Shown: one piece after another, positions 25,086-34,281 of the stretch
Layout of the letters: each line of letters starts with the position of its first letter
Numbering within the stretch: position 1 is the stretch's first letter
Origin: a bacterium
Lineage (GTDB): Bacteria > Patescibacteriota > Minisyncoccia > Portnoybacterales > GWB1-42-6
Direction: 5' to 3'
DNA: 64,000 bases
NCBI GenBank assembly: GCA_043800535.1
Contig: JAZDMV010000026.1
Location: forward strand, 5,781-69,780
The notes under the pieces: generated by a model
Database searches by the model: none
What the model saw: only the letters and a program-made list of their open reading frames with translations
What the model was told of the DNA's origin: nothing
Position numbers and translations under genes: made by a program

Positions 25086-26378
25086 TTACGAAATGGATTG
25101 CTCTGTCTTGGGCAATTCTGGTGTCTCGGTATCTGGTTTTACGAGCGAGAGAGCCATTTTGTGAACTCTGGGTTCAATAGAAAGAATTTTAAAGTCATAT
25201 TCTTTATCTGTCACGAGCGCCTCTTTCATGGCCGCTTCGTTGCCGAATTCAGAAATATGAATAAGGCCGTGAATGTCTTTGTCCAGCTGTACAAAAGCGC
25301 CAAAAGGATTAAATTTGGTAACCGTGCCCTTGACCTGTTGGCCTTTTTGGTATTTACCTTCAATCTCTGACCACGGGTCTTTTTTTAGCGCTTTGAGCGA
25401 CAAAGAAAGCCGGTCGCCTTCAATGCCGATGATCTTAGCTGCTACTTCCTGACCGACTTTCAAAATCTGGCGGGGGTCTTCAATCAGCTGCCAGTCAATT
25501 TCGGATATATGGATCAGGCCTTCTATGATTTCGGACTTTGGAGATGTCGTTTTTGGGGCATCGGAATTTTGGTCTGTCGGCGGTTCTTCGGCAGCAGAAG
25601 GCAGGTTTACCCCCACACCTTTTTTGTCTGTTTGAGAATCATGGTCTTTGTTAATAGTTTCCGTATTTTTTGTCAGAGACTCAACGTCGTTTGAGGTGTG
25701 GAGGTTTATTCTGACAAAAGCGCCGAAGTCAACCACGCCCGAAATTGTGCCCTGAACCAGATCGCCGATTTTGAATGACTGGAGTGCGGCTTTGAGGCCC
25801 TGTTCCTGCAATGCCTTTTCGGAAACAATTAATTTTTGCTGGCTGGGATCAAGGTCAATGATGCGCACCGGCATTTCTTTACCGACGAATTTGTTAAGCT
25901 CGCTCAAAATTTTCATTTTGTCGCCGTCTTCAATCCTCGGATAGTGTTCGTAGGAAAGCTGGGAGACCGGCAAGAAGCCGGGTACACCTTTTATTTCAAC
26001 CATCAGGCCCCCTTTGTTGGCCTTGATGATCTTGGTCGCAATTGATTCCTGTTTTTGCATAAGTTCTCTGAGTTCTTCCCATGCATTTTGTTTGTTGGCG
26101 GCCTTGAGCGAAAGTTCGACAAAACCATTTTCGTTTTCCGGTTCAAGCACCATGGCAAAAATCTCTTCGCCGGGTTTAAGCTTTTTTATCACATCTTGAT
26201 TCTCTTTTATTTCGCGGCCCAAAATCACGCCGGTTCCAACAGGCCCCAGATCAATGAATACCGTATTTTTGCCAACTTCAATAACCAGGCCTTTGATTAT
26301 TTGACTGGCCTTGGGCAGAACAGGGGATTTGGACAATAGCTGGTTCATTTGGGTTTCTTTTGCGATTTTGTCAATCAT
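25086..26378 (-). CDS. Ribosomal protein S1-like protein with multiple S1 domains
   Basis: Repeated S1-domain blocks (GQQVKGTVTKFNPFGAFV..., GDLVQGTISGVVDFGAFV..., GLVIEVGKNTVFIDLG...); start taken at MIDKIAKETQMNQLL; contains a polar low-complexity insert. Confidence 0.75.
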   Translation of the reverse strand: MIDKIAKETQMNQLLSKSPVLPKASQIIKGLVIEVGKNTVFIDLGPVGTGVILGREIKENQDVIKKLKPGEEIFAMVLEPENENGFVELSLKAANKQNAWEELRELMQKQESIATKIIKANKGGLMVEIKGVPGFLPVSQLSYEHYPRIEDGDKMKILSELNKFVGKEMPVRIIDLDPSQQKLIVSEKALQEQGLKAALQSFKIGDLVQGTISGVVDFGAFVRINLHTSNDVESLTKNTETINKDHDSQTDKKGVGVNLPSAAEEPPTDQNSDAPKTTSPKSEIIEGLIHISEIDWQLIEDPRQILKVGQEVAAKIIGIEGDRLSLSLKALKKDPWSEIEGKYQKGQQVKGTVTKFNPFGAFVQLDKDIHGLIHISEFGNEAAMKEALVTDKEYDFKILSIEPRVHKMALSLVKPDTETPELPKTEQSIS

Positions 26379-26652
26379 AAATAATAAGGGTAGTCGCCTA
26401 CCGATAGAAACAGTATAAAGTAAAAAAAATATTTTTGCAAGCCCCGTTAGAAGCTTACATCCATGCCGTTTAATTTTACCAAGAAAGCCGCCCGCCCGCA
26501 TCGCCAAGCGAAGCTTAGGCGGGCGCGGCAGGCGATTCGCTGTCTAGTCATACTTATTGATAAAAGACGGCTGAGCTTCTATACGGGGCAAGAGTTTAAT
26601 TAAATTATGTATTGGCAGGATGAAATTTATATGATAAGATTATATTAACTCT

Positions 26653-27294
26653 ATGGTTATTGTCTGGTATGGACAGTCATGTTTTAAAATACAGAGCGGT
26701 GATACGATTTTGTTTACTGACCCTTTTGACAAAAGCGTTGGCTTGACTCCGCCGCGAGGGCAAGCAGATATCGTCACAATCTCACATCACCATTATGACC
26801 ACGACAACGCCGAGGCATTGAACAGCAGCGGGCCTTTTATTATTGATGGTCCTGGCGAGTACGAAATAAAAGGTGTAAATATCGCAGGGCTTAAAACTTT
26901 TCATGACGATGAGCAAGGGAAAGAACGGGGTGACAGCACCGCCTATGTTATAGAGATGGAAGGCATAAAAATTTGCCATCTGGGAGATATCGGGCAGACA
27001 AAACTGACGAACGAACAGCTTGAAATAATTGATGGGGTTGATGTTCTGATGATCCCTGTTGGCGGCACATATACGGTTAACGGCGAAGACGCGGTTGGCC
27101 TGATAAACCAGATTGAGCCCAAAATCGTTATCCCCATGCATTACAAAATTAGCGGGCTTTCGATTAAACTGGACGGGGTGGAGGAATTTCTGAAAGAGAT
27201 GGGAATTTCCAAAAAAGAGGCGGTTGATAAGCTGACCATCAAGAAAAAAGAACTGCCGCAAGAAGAGACGCAGGTGATGGTGATGAAAATATAG
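26653..27294 (+). CDS. MBL-fold metal-dependent hydrolase (UPF0173-like)
   Basis: MVIVWYGQSCFKIQSGD..., HHHYDHD motif. Confidence 0.75.
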   Translation: MVIVWYGQSCFKIQSGDTILFTDPFDKSVGLTPPRGQADIVTISHHHYDHDNAEALNSSGPFIIDGPGEYEIKGVNIAGLKTFHDDEQGKERGDSTAYVIEMEGIKICHLGDIGQTKLTNEQLEIIDGVDVLMIPVGGTYTVNGEDAVGLINQIEPKIVIPMHYKISGLSIKLDGVEEFLKEMGISKKEAVDKLTIKKKELPQEETQVMVMKI

Positions 27295-27386
27295 AATCCT
27301 ACTAAATTACGAATTTATTACAAATTTTACGAATATGTATTTTTGGATATTGGTAATATTCGTAAAGATTAGTAAATTAGTAGAGC

Positions 27387-27788
27387 ATGCTGGTTGACTT
27401 TCTTGAAAATCTGCAGAACAAGCCCAAAAGGACGCGGGTCTTGATCCTTTGGGCAGGAACGGCCATTTTTATGACCATTCTTTTTGTTTTGTGGGCGTGG
27501 ACTTTTGATTCGGGCGTCCAGGAGCAAAGCAAGGCAGGTTCCGCAGCGGTGAGCGAAGGCGCCAAAGCAGTTTCTGACGTGAAAGAAGAAATTCCGAGTT
27601 TGTGGGAAAGTCTGAAGGCAGGAGTTCAGGATATATTGAAATCAGAAAACGTAGATCAGGGACAAATTGAGGCCGGGACAAACACGTCAGCCGCCCCCGA
27701 TAATTCGGCGCAGCCAAAAACAGAAGTTGAAAGCCCCGCGCCGTCAGGGGCAACGCAAGAAACAGTGCCGGCGTCGCCATTGCCCTGA
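27387..27788 (+). CDS. Hypothetical small membrane-anchored protein
   Basis: One TM (ILWAGTAIFMTILFVLWAW) then polar Ala/Ser/Pro-rich tail. Confidence 0.5.
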   Translation: MLVDFLENLQNKPKRTRVLILWAGTAIFMTILFVLWAWTFDSGVQEQSKAGSAAVSEGAKAVSDVKEEIPSLWESLKAGVQDILKSENVDQGQIEAGTNTSAAPDNSAQPKTEVESPAPSGATQETVPASPLP

Positions 27789-27887
27789 GTAAAGAATATA
27801 GATTTATGATTTATGATTTATGATTTAAGATTTAAGAATGTCAGAATTTATTCTTAATTCTTAAATCTGTATTCTTAAATCTTTTTT

Positions 27888-30359
27888 ATGGAGCTAGGAA
27901 AAATTAAGCCAAGAGAAATAACAGACGAACTTAAAGAGTCGTATCTGGATTACGCAATGTCTGTTATTGTCGGCCGCGCCCTGCCTGACGTTAGGGACGG
28001 CTTGAAGCCGGTTCACCGCCGGATTCTTTACGCAATGTGGGATATGGGCCTGCGTTCAACCGCCAAATTGAGAAAGTCGGCTACGGTGGTGGGCGAAACT
28101 TTGGGCAAGTATCATCCTCATGGAGACGTGGCGGTTTATGACACGCTGGTGCGATTGGCGCAGGATTTTGCTATGCGCTATCCGCTTGTTCAGGGCCAAG
28201 GCAACTTTGGCTCAGTTGACGGCGATACTGCTGCGGCCATGCGTTATACCGAATGCCGTTTGACTCCGCTGGCCGAAGAAATGCTGGCCGACATTGATAA
28301 GGATACGGTCAACTGGGTAGACAATTATGACGGTACGCGACAGGAGCCGACTGTCCTGCCTGCCAAGGTTCCGCAGCTTCTATTAAACGGTTCTTTGGGC
28401 ATCGCTGTTGGTATGGCCACAAGCATCCCACCGCATAATTTGGGCGAACTGGTTGACGCAATGGCGCATCTGGTTAACCACCCCAAAGCGACAACCGACG
28501 ATTTACTCAAATTCGTTAAAGGCCCGGATTTCCCGACCGGCGGAGCGATCTATGACCGCGATGCGGTTGCTCAGGTTTATTCAACGGGCAAAGGGCCAAT
28601 AATTAATCGCGGCATTGCCAAGGTTGAGGAAGGCAAAAAGGAGCATTTTCAGATTTTAATTACGGAAATTCCTTACCAGGTTAATAAAGCGGCAATGCTT
28701 GAAAAAATCGCGGATCTTGTGAAGGAGAAAAAGCTGGAAGGCATAAAAGACATAAGAGACGAGTCGTCGCGTGAAGGATTAAGGGTCATTATTGAGCTTA
28801 AACAGGATGCCTATCCGCAAAAAATTCTGAATCGTTTATACAAGCTGACTGATTTGCAGCGGACATTCCATGTCAACTTGCTGGGCCTGGTTGACGGTCT
28901 GCAGCCGCAGGTGCTTCCGCTAAAAGACATTTTGGAACAGTATATCGGCCATCGCAAAGAAGTGGTGATGCGGCGGACGCAGTTTGACTTGGCGCGAGCC
29001 AAAGAGCGGGCGCATATTCTTGAGGGTTTGAAAAAGGCGCTTGACCATATTGACGCGATAATCTCAACCATCAAAAAATCGGGGACAAAAGAAGAGGCGC
29101 ATAAAAATCTTTGTTCTAAATTTAGGTTTTCGGACGCGCAGACAACGGCTATTTTGGAAATGCGCCTGCAGACCTTAGCCGGGCTTGAACGGCAGAAGAT
29201 AGAGGATGAGTTTCGTGAAAAAATGAAGCTGATAAAAGAGCTTGAGGCAATTTTGAAAGACCCGCAGAAAGTGCTTTTGGTTATTGAAAAAGAGCTTGCG
29301 GCGATGAAAGAAAAATACGGAGACGAGCGCAAAACAAAAGTTTTTGTTTCGCCGGTAGGGGAATTCAAGGAAGAAGATTTTGTGGCGGAAGAAGAATGCA
29401 TCATTACTCTGACCCAGGGCGGCTATATAAAGCGCATTAATCCTAAAAACTACAAGGCCCAGAGGCGCGGAGGCAAGGGGATGATAGGAATGACAACGCG
29501 CGAAGAGGACGCAGCAGCCCACCTTGCCTGCGTTTCAACTCATGACAATCTTCTTTTCTTTACAAACACCGGCCGCGTTTTCCAAACCAAGGCCTATGAA
29601 ATTGCCGAAGGCAGCCGGGTAGCCAGGGGACAGGCTATCGTCAACTTTTTGCAGCTTGCGCCTGCTGAGCGCGTAACGGCGCTTGTCCCGACAAAGGAAC
29701 TGCTCAAAAACCTGAAGAAAAATGGCAGCGAAGCCGTTGAGGATAACTTTTTGGTCATGGCTACCAGAAATGGTATAATTAAAAAAACTCGAATTGCCGA
29801 TTTTGCCAATGTCAGGCGTTCGGGCTTAATTGTCATCACTCTTAAAAAAGGAGATGAGCTTTATTGGGCTAAGGCAACGAGCGGACAGGATGAGATATTT
29901 TTGGTGACCGCAAAAGGCCAGAGCATCCATTTTAAAGAAAAAGACGTGCGGCCAATGGGCCGTTCGGCTGGTGGCGTGCGCGGAATTTCTGTTAAAAAGG
30001 GCGATGAAGTTGTGAGCATGCAAGTTATCAGGGCAAAATTGAGAAGTGAGAACGTAAAAATGGAGCTTTTGGTTGTCAGCGAAAACGGTTTTGGTAAAAA
30101 AACCGATATAAAACAATTTAAAATACAGCACCGCGGCGGTTCGGGCATTAAGGCCTCGCAGGTGACAACAAAAACGGGCAAGCTTGTTATGGCGGAAATT
30201 TTAGAGCCGGGCCAGGAGGATCTGATTGCAATTTCAGCCAAGGGGCAGGTGATACGTACTTCTTTGGGCGACGTTTCGCTTTTAGGCCGGGCAACACAGG
30301 GCGTAAGGATTATGCGGCTTGAGGCCGGCGATAAAGTGGCGTCGGTGGCGTGTATTTAA
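27888..30359 (+). CDS. gyrA: DNA gyrase subunit A
   Basis: AMRYTE catalytic-Tyr motif, QRDR-region consensus (HPHGDVAVYDTLVRLAQDF), C-terminal beta-pinwheel repeats. Confidence 0.95.
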   Translation: MELGKIKPREITDELKESYLDYAMSVIVGRALPDVRDGLKPVHRRILYAMWDMGLRSTAKLRKSATVVGETLGKYHPHGDVAVYDTLVRLAQDFAMRYPLVQGQGNFGSVDGDTAAAMRYTECRLTPLAEEMLADIDKDTVNWVDNYDGTRQEPTVLPAKVPQLLLNGSLGIAVGMATSIPPHNLGELVDAMAHLVNHPKATTDDLLKFVKGPDFPTGGAIYDRDAVAQVYSTGKGPIINRGIAKVEEGKKEHFQILITEIPYQVNKAAMLEKIADLVKEKKLEGIKDIRDESSREGLRVIIELKQDAYPQKILNRLYKLTDLQRTFHVNLLGLVDGLQPQVLPLKDILEQYIGHRKEVVMRRTQFDLARAKERAHILEGLKKALDHIDAIISTIKKSGTKEEAHKNLCSKFRFSDAQTTAILEMRLQTLAGLERQKIEDEFREKMKLIKELEAILKDPQKVLLVIEKELAAMKEKYGDERKTKVFVSPVGEFKEEDFVAEEECIITLTQGGYIKRINPKNYKAQRRGGKGMIGMTTREEDAAAHLACVSTHDNLLFFTNTGRVFQTKAYEIAEGSRVARGQAIVNFLQLAPAERVTALVPTKELLKNLKKNGSEAVEDNFLVMATRNGIIKKTRIADFANVRRSGLIVITLKKGDELYWAKATSGQDEIFLVTAKGQSIHFKEKDVRPMGRSAGGVRGISVKKGDEVVSMQVIRAKLRSENVKMELLVVSENGFGKKTDIKQFKIQHRGGSGIKASQVTTKTGKLVMAEILEPGQEDLIAISAKGQVIRTSLGDVSLLGRATQGVRIMRLEAGDKVASVACI

Positions 30360-30367
30360 AGGGCTTT

Positions 30368-30388
30368 GTTCCCGCTAAGCGGGATAAC
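30368..30388 (+). terminator. Hairpin gttcccgctaagcgggataac after gyrA
   Basis: Stem tcccgc/gcggga with A/T-rich flank. Confidence 0.5.
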
Positions 30389-30562
30389 AAAACCTTTACC
30401 CCGCCCTCTATGCTGTCTGATGGACAAAAGCGGTAATTCTTCAACAATTAACCTGTTTGATATCTTTAAAGTATATCCGTCAGCTTAGAGGGCGGGGTGC
30501 TCATTGTTGTAGCTAAATTCATTTCGCTACGCAATGTGCTCCGCTCATAAATTTAGACAACA

Positions 30563-31102
30563 ATGGCAGGGACCGAAGGTTTTCTGAATCCACAGAAGGT
30601 TTTAGACCAGCTTGAAGTTAAGAGCGGCTGGCGTATCGGACACTTTGGCTGCGGCCATGGTTATTTTACTATTCCTATGGCATCTCTGGTTGGCGGGGAA
30701 GGCGTGATTTTTGCAATTGATATTTTGCAGGATGCCCTGGATGAAGTTCGTTCCAAAGCCGAGGAGGGCAATTTAAAAAATATAGAAACAGTGAGAGGAA
30801 ATCTGGAATTGGTTGGCGGGTCAAAACTAAAAAGCGATTCCTGCGATATGGTTTTATTGGCCAACATTCTGTTTGAATCGCAGAAAAAAGAGGATATTGT
30901 TAAAGAAGCCTCCAGGGTGCTTAAGGCGGGAGGAGAGGTAGTGATAATTGACTGGGCAAACGGCGCGGGGCTGACTTCTGACAGTGGCTGGCGCATTTCG
31001 GCCCAGCAGGCACAGGCGCTGGCGGAAAGTCAGAATTTCAAACTTGAAAAAAAATTTGACGCGGGGGGATATCATTATGGTCTTGTTTTGCGCAAATTCT
31101 AA
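30563..31102 (+). CDS. Class I SAM-dependent methyltransferase
   Basis: Motif I HFGCGHGYFT, motif II DMVLLANIL. Confidence 0.7.
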   Translation: MAGTEGFLNPQKVLDQLEVKSGWRIGHFGCGHGYFTIPMASLVGGEGVIFAIDILQDALDEVRSKAEEGNLKNIETVRGNLELVGGSKLKSDSCDMVLLANILFESQKKEDIVKEASRVLKAGGEVVIIDWANGAGLTSDSGWRISAQQAQALAESQNFKLEKKFDAGGYHYGLVLRKF

Positions 31103-31154
31103 AATATTTTTAATGCCGCTAAGCCAAAATAAAATAAAAACGGATAAAAAAACT

Positions 31155-32510
31155 ATGGCGCTCAAAATTTTTGCGCCTATGGTTATTTTTTCTTTGTTCG
31201 GTACTTTAACCGCCGCGTTTCCGGGCTGTTCAAGCGACCCGAAAAAGGGGAGCGCTGAATTGGTTGTCTGGAATGTTTTTGACGACACGGATGTTTTTAA
31301 GCCCCTGATTGATCAATTCAAAAAAGAATACCCGAAAGTCAAAATAACGTATTATAAAAAGCCGGTTGAATCCTATGAGCAGGATCTGATAAATGCTTTG
31401 GCTGCGGGAAGAGGGCCTGATATTTTCGCGGTTCATAATACATGGCTGGCCAAACACGGCGACAAAATCACGCCGATGAAAACGAGTTCTTCCATAGGGG
31501 AGGAAACAATGACAGTCAAGGAATTCCGTGACAGTTTTGTTGACGTGGCGGCCCAGGATTTTGTTCTGGCGCCGCAGGACGCGCAGGGGAATGTTTATCC
31601 GGAACAAATTTATGGTATACCTCTCTATATTGACACGCTCGCGCTTTTTTGGAACAAGGACATTTTTAATTCCGAAGACATTGCCGAGCCGCCAAAGGAC
31701 TGGAATGAATTCAGCACAATGGTTGAGAAACTGACAAAAAAAGATGAAAGCGGAAATATTTTGCGGGCGGGGGCCGCGATCGGTACGTCCCAAAATATCA
31801 ACCGAGCAAGTGACATTTTGCAGCTTATTATGATGCAGCACGGCACAGAGATGGTAAATCTGAAAAGGGGGGAAGCGAGTTTTAATAAGCCGGTCGTGGC
31901 TAGCGGCCAGTCATATAATTCGGGTCTGGAATCGCTTAGATTCTATACCGACTTTGCCAATCCAAATAAAAAAAGCTACACCTGGAATAACAATATGGAT
32001 TATTCAATTGACGCTTTTGCTGAAGGCAAGGTGGCCATGATGATAAATTATTCTTATCATATCGCGACAATCCAGGCCAAACAGCCGCACATGAGATTCG
32101 GGATCGCGCCAATACCCCAGCCGCGCGACGCAAGCGTTGAAGTTAACTACCCTTTATATTGGGGGCTGAGCGTTTCTTCAAGCGCTTCGGCCAATAACGC
32201 GACATACGCCTGGATTTTCTTAAAGTGGCTGGCGCAAAGAGACAAGGCAAGCCAATATATGGAATTAAGCGGCCGGCCAGCCAGCCGTCGTGACTTGGCG
32301 CAGGAACAGCAGAATGATGTCATGCTTGGCGCTTTTGCGCGGCAGGCGTTGTCGGCCCGTTCCTGGTATCAGGTTGACGAAACAAACGTAGCGAAAGTTT
32401 TTAATGATATGATTGACGCGGTAGTCAGCGGGAAAGAAACAGTTGAACAGGCAATCAGCCGAGGGGCAAACGAAGTGACAGTATTAATGCAAAAAAGTCC
32501 AGGGCAATGA
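31155..32510 (+). CDS. ABC transporter extracellular solute-binding protein (family 1)
   Basis: N-terminal signal/lipoprotein-like segment (MALKIFAPMVIFSLFGTLTAAFPGC); general SBP-family resemblance; start chosen at MALKIF. Confidence 0.65.
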   Translation: MALKIFAPMVIFSLFGTLTAAFPGCSSDPKKGSAELVVWNVFDDTDVFKPLIDQFKKEYPKVKITYYKKPVESYEQDLINALAAGRGPDIFAVHNTWLAKHGDKITPMKTSSSIGEETMTVKEFRDSFVDVAAQDFVLAPQDAQGNVYPEQIYGIPLYIDTLALFWNKDIFNSEDIAEPPKDWNEFSTMVEKLTKKDESGNILRAGAAIGTSQNINRASDILQLIMMQHGTEMVNLKRGEASFNKPVVASGQSYNSGLESLRFYTDFANPNKKSYTWNNNMDYSIDAFAEGKVAMMINYSYHIATIQAKQPHMRFGIAPIPQPRDASVEVNYPLYWGLSVSSSASANNATYAWIFLKWLAQRDKASQYMELSGRPASRRDLAQEQQNDVMLGAFARQALSARSWYQVDETNVAKVFNDMIDAVVSGKETVEQAISRGANEVTVLMQKSPGQ

Positions 32511-32932
32511 AAACATATAAAAAAATCGTTATTTTTTCATTTCTTGTTTCTTGTTTCCTGTTTTTTTTCTTGCCTCTTTTGGCGCAGGGCCGCATCGTGC
32601 CCGAATGCATAGGCACGGACGGCAAGGCCGGGCCTTGCGAGCTTTGCGATTTTTTCAAGCTTCTCAAAAACATTTTTAATTTTATCGCTTTTAACCTGGC
32701 GCCGCCTCTGGCCGGATTTCTATTTTTGCTGGCGGGATTCTTTTTTCTGACTTCCGGCGGTTCGGAAGATCAGGCCAAACGCGCCAAAAAGATCTTTACC
32801 GATACTGTCATTGGTCTGGTCATAATTTTTACCTCTTGGCTTATTGTCAACAGCATTATTCAGATAATAGGCAAGAATGTGGATGGTTTTCAGAAAGAAA
32901 CGTGGTATGATTTTAAGTGTACTAATAACTAA
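32507..32932 (+). CDS. Small secreted two-TM protein, paralog 1 of 4 (VirB2/TrbC-like topology)
   Basis: Signal peptide, Cys-containing segment, two hydrophobic helices separated by SGGSEDQAKRAKK loop. Confidence 0.6.
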   Translation: MKTYKKIVIFSFLVSCFLFFFLPLLAQGRIVPECIGTDGKAGPCELCDFFKLLKNIFNFIAFNLAPPLAGFLFLLAGFFFLTSGGSEDQAKRAKKIFTDTVIGLVIIFTSWLIVNSIIQIIGKNVDGFQKETWYDFKCTNN

Positions 32933-32936
32933 GCGT

Positions 32937-33320
32937 ATGAATCAAAAAACAAAGAGATTCTTTTTCCCGCTTTTTCTTTTATGTGTTTTAGCGATTATTT
33001 TTATTGCTCCAGTAAAAGGAGCAACGACTGCTGGCGGCGGTTGCGTAGAAGGAGGCGAGGGCCTGCAGAATCCTTTAACCGCCTGTTCTTTTGAGGAGCT
33101 GGTTAAAGACATTGCCACTTGGTTTTATTACATTATGATCCCAATTTCCGCGATTATGGTTTTGTATGCCGGCGCGCTTTTTATGACTTCGGCCGGCAAC
33201 GAGGAAAGAATTGCCAAAGCCAAGCGGGCGCTTCTTTGGGCGATTGTCGGAGTGGCTATAATCCTTATCAACTACGGCTTCATTGATTTGATAAAAAGTT
33301 TTTTGGAAACAAATAAATAA
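32937..33320 (+). CDS. Small secreted two-TM protein, paralog 2 of 4
   Basis: Shares LYAGALFMTSAGNEERIAKAKRALLWAIVGV core with paralogs 3 and 4; start chosen at MNQKTKRFF. Confidence 0.6.
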   Translation: MNQKTKRFFFPLFLLCVLAIIFIAPVKGATTAGGGCVEGGEGLQNPLTACSFEELVKDIATWFYYIMIPISAIMVLYAGALFMTSAGNEERIAKAKRALLWAIVGVAIILINYGFIDLIKSFLETNK

Positions 33321-33370
33321 TATATAAAAATTAATTTAAAAAATCCCGCAGAAGGAGGCGAGCAAATAAT

Positions 33371-33706
33371 ATGAAAAAGATCAAATATATTGTGGCAGGT
33401 TTAATAGCGCAATTGACGCCTTTGGCGGCTTTGGCCGCAAGTAATCCAGAGATCCCGCAAGTGACCTTAACCAAAGAAACAATCCGCACTTTGATAGAGA
33501 ACTTCGCCAGTTATTTTTCCGGAATCATTGGCGTGCTCGGCATTTTAACGCTACTTTACGCCGCCTTCTTGTATATGACCGCGGCGGGGAATGATGAAAC
33601 AATAAGCAAGGCAAAGAATGTTTTTATCTGGGGGCTGATAGGTGTTGCGACGGCGCTTATTGCGTTTGGCATATTTGATATGGTTCAGAGCTTCTTAACG
33701 GTATAA
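33371..33706 (+). CDS. Small secreted two-TM protein, paralog 3 of 4
   Basis: Strong RBS AAGGAGG; signal peptide; LLYAAFLYMTAAGNDETISKAKNVFIWGLIGV. Confidence 0.7.
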   Translation: MKKIKYIVAGLIAQLTPLAALAASNPEIPQVTLTKETIRTLIENFASYFSGIIGVLGILTLLYAAFLYMTAAGNDETISKAKNVFIWGLIGVATALIAFGIFDMVQSFLTV

Positions 33707-33791
33707 GAGCAAATTTTTTGGCCGAAAAATTTGATATTAAATTAATTAAGTAATTTAGATATTTTTATTTGAAAGGAGGTGAATTGGTGAG

Positions 33792-34130
33792 ATGAAAAAA
33801 ATTAAATACTTGGGAGTGGCTTTGATTGCGCAATTGACACCTTTGGCGGTTTTTGCCGCAGCGCCGACATCAGGCATTCCGCAGGTTGGCTTGGACAAAC
33901 AGAAAATTGCGGACCTAATAAGTGGGTTTGCTACTTATTTTTCAGGCATTATCGGAGTGCTTGGCATTTTGGTTCTGCTTTACGCCGCTTTCTTATATAT
34001 GACCGCGGGAGGCAACGATGAAAAGGTCAGCAAAGCCAAAAGTACTTTTATCTATGGTTTGGTTGGCGTAGGCGTAGCAATTTTGGCGTTTGGCGTGTTC
34101 AACTTGGTGTCCAGCTTTCTTACGGCGTAA
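33792..34130 (+). CDS. Small secreted two-TM protein, paralog 4 of 4
   Basis: Strong RBS AAAGGAGG; close to paralog 3 in sequence (LLYAAFLYMTAGGNDEKVSKAKSTFIYGLVGV). Confidence 0.7.
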   Translation: MKKIKYLGVALIAQLTPLAVFAAAPTSGIPQVGLDKQKIADLISGFATYFSGIIGVLGILVLLYAAFLYMTAGGNDEKVSKAKSTFIYGLVGVGVAILAFGVFNLVSSFLTA

Positions 34131-34159
34131 TAAAAAGAAAATATTTTTTGGAAAAAAAG

Positions 34160-34262
34160 AAGCTAACGGATTTTGCGTTGTCGTTTAGACATTCACAGCC
34201 GTTAGCTTTTTGGTCGTCTGTAAAAAAATTGGCCAGAGAAAAAATTTATCTTTTCTCTGGCC
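34160..34262. terminator. Two hairpins between convergent genes (aagctaacgg...ccgttagcttttt; ggccagagaaaaaatttatcttttctctggcc)
   Basis: Inverted repeats with T-tracts read directly. Confidence 0.6.
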
Positions 34263-34281
34263 GTTGATGTTGGAAGAACAG

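Noticed and set aside
27792-27884. Tandem tttatgattt repeats examined as a possible CRISPR or minisatellite
   Set aside because: The units are 7-9 nt with no spacers and are mirrored by reverse-complement units. This is a word palindrome upstream of gyrA, not a CRISPR array.
30984-31154. N-terminal 57 codons of the listed ORF 30984-32510
   Set aside because: Overlaps the end of the methyltransferase gene. The signal-peptide-bearing Met at 31155 is the more plausible start of the solute-binding protein.
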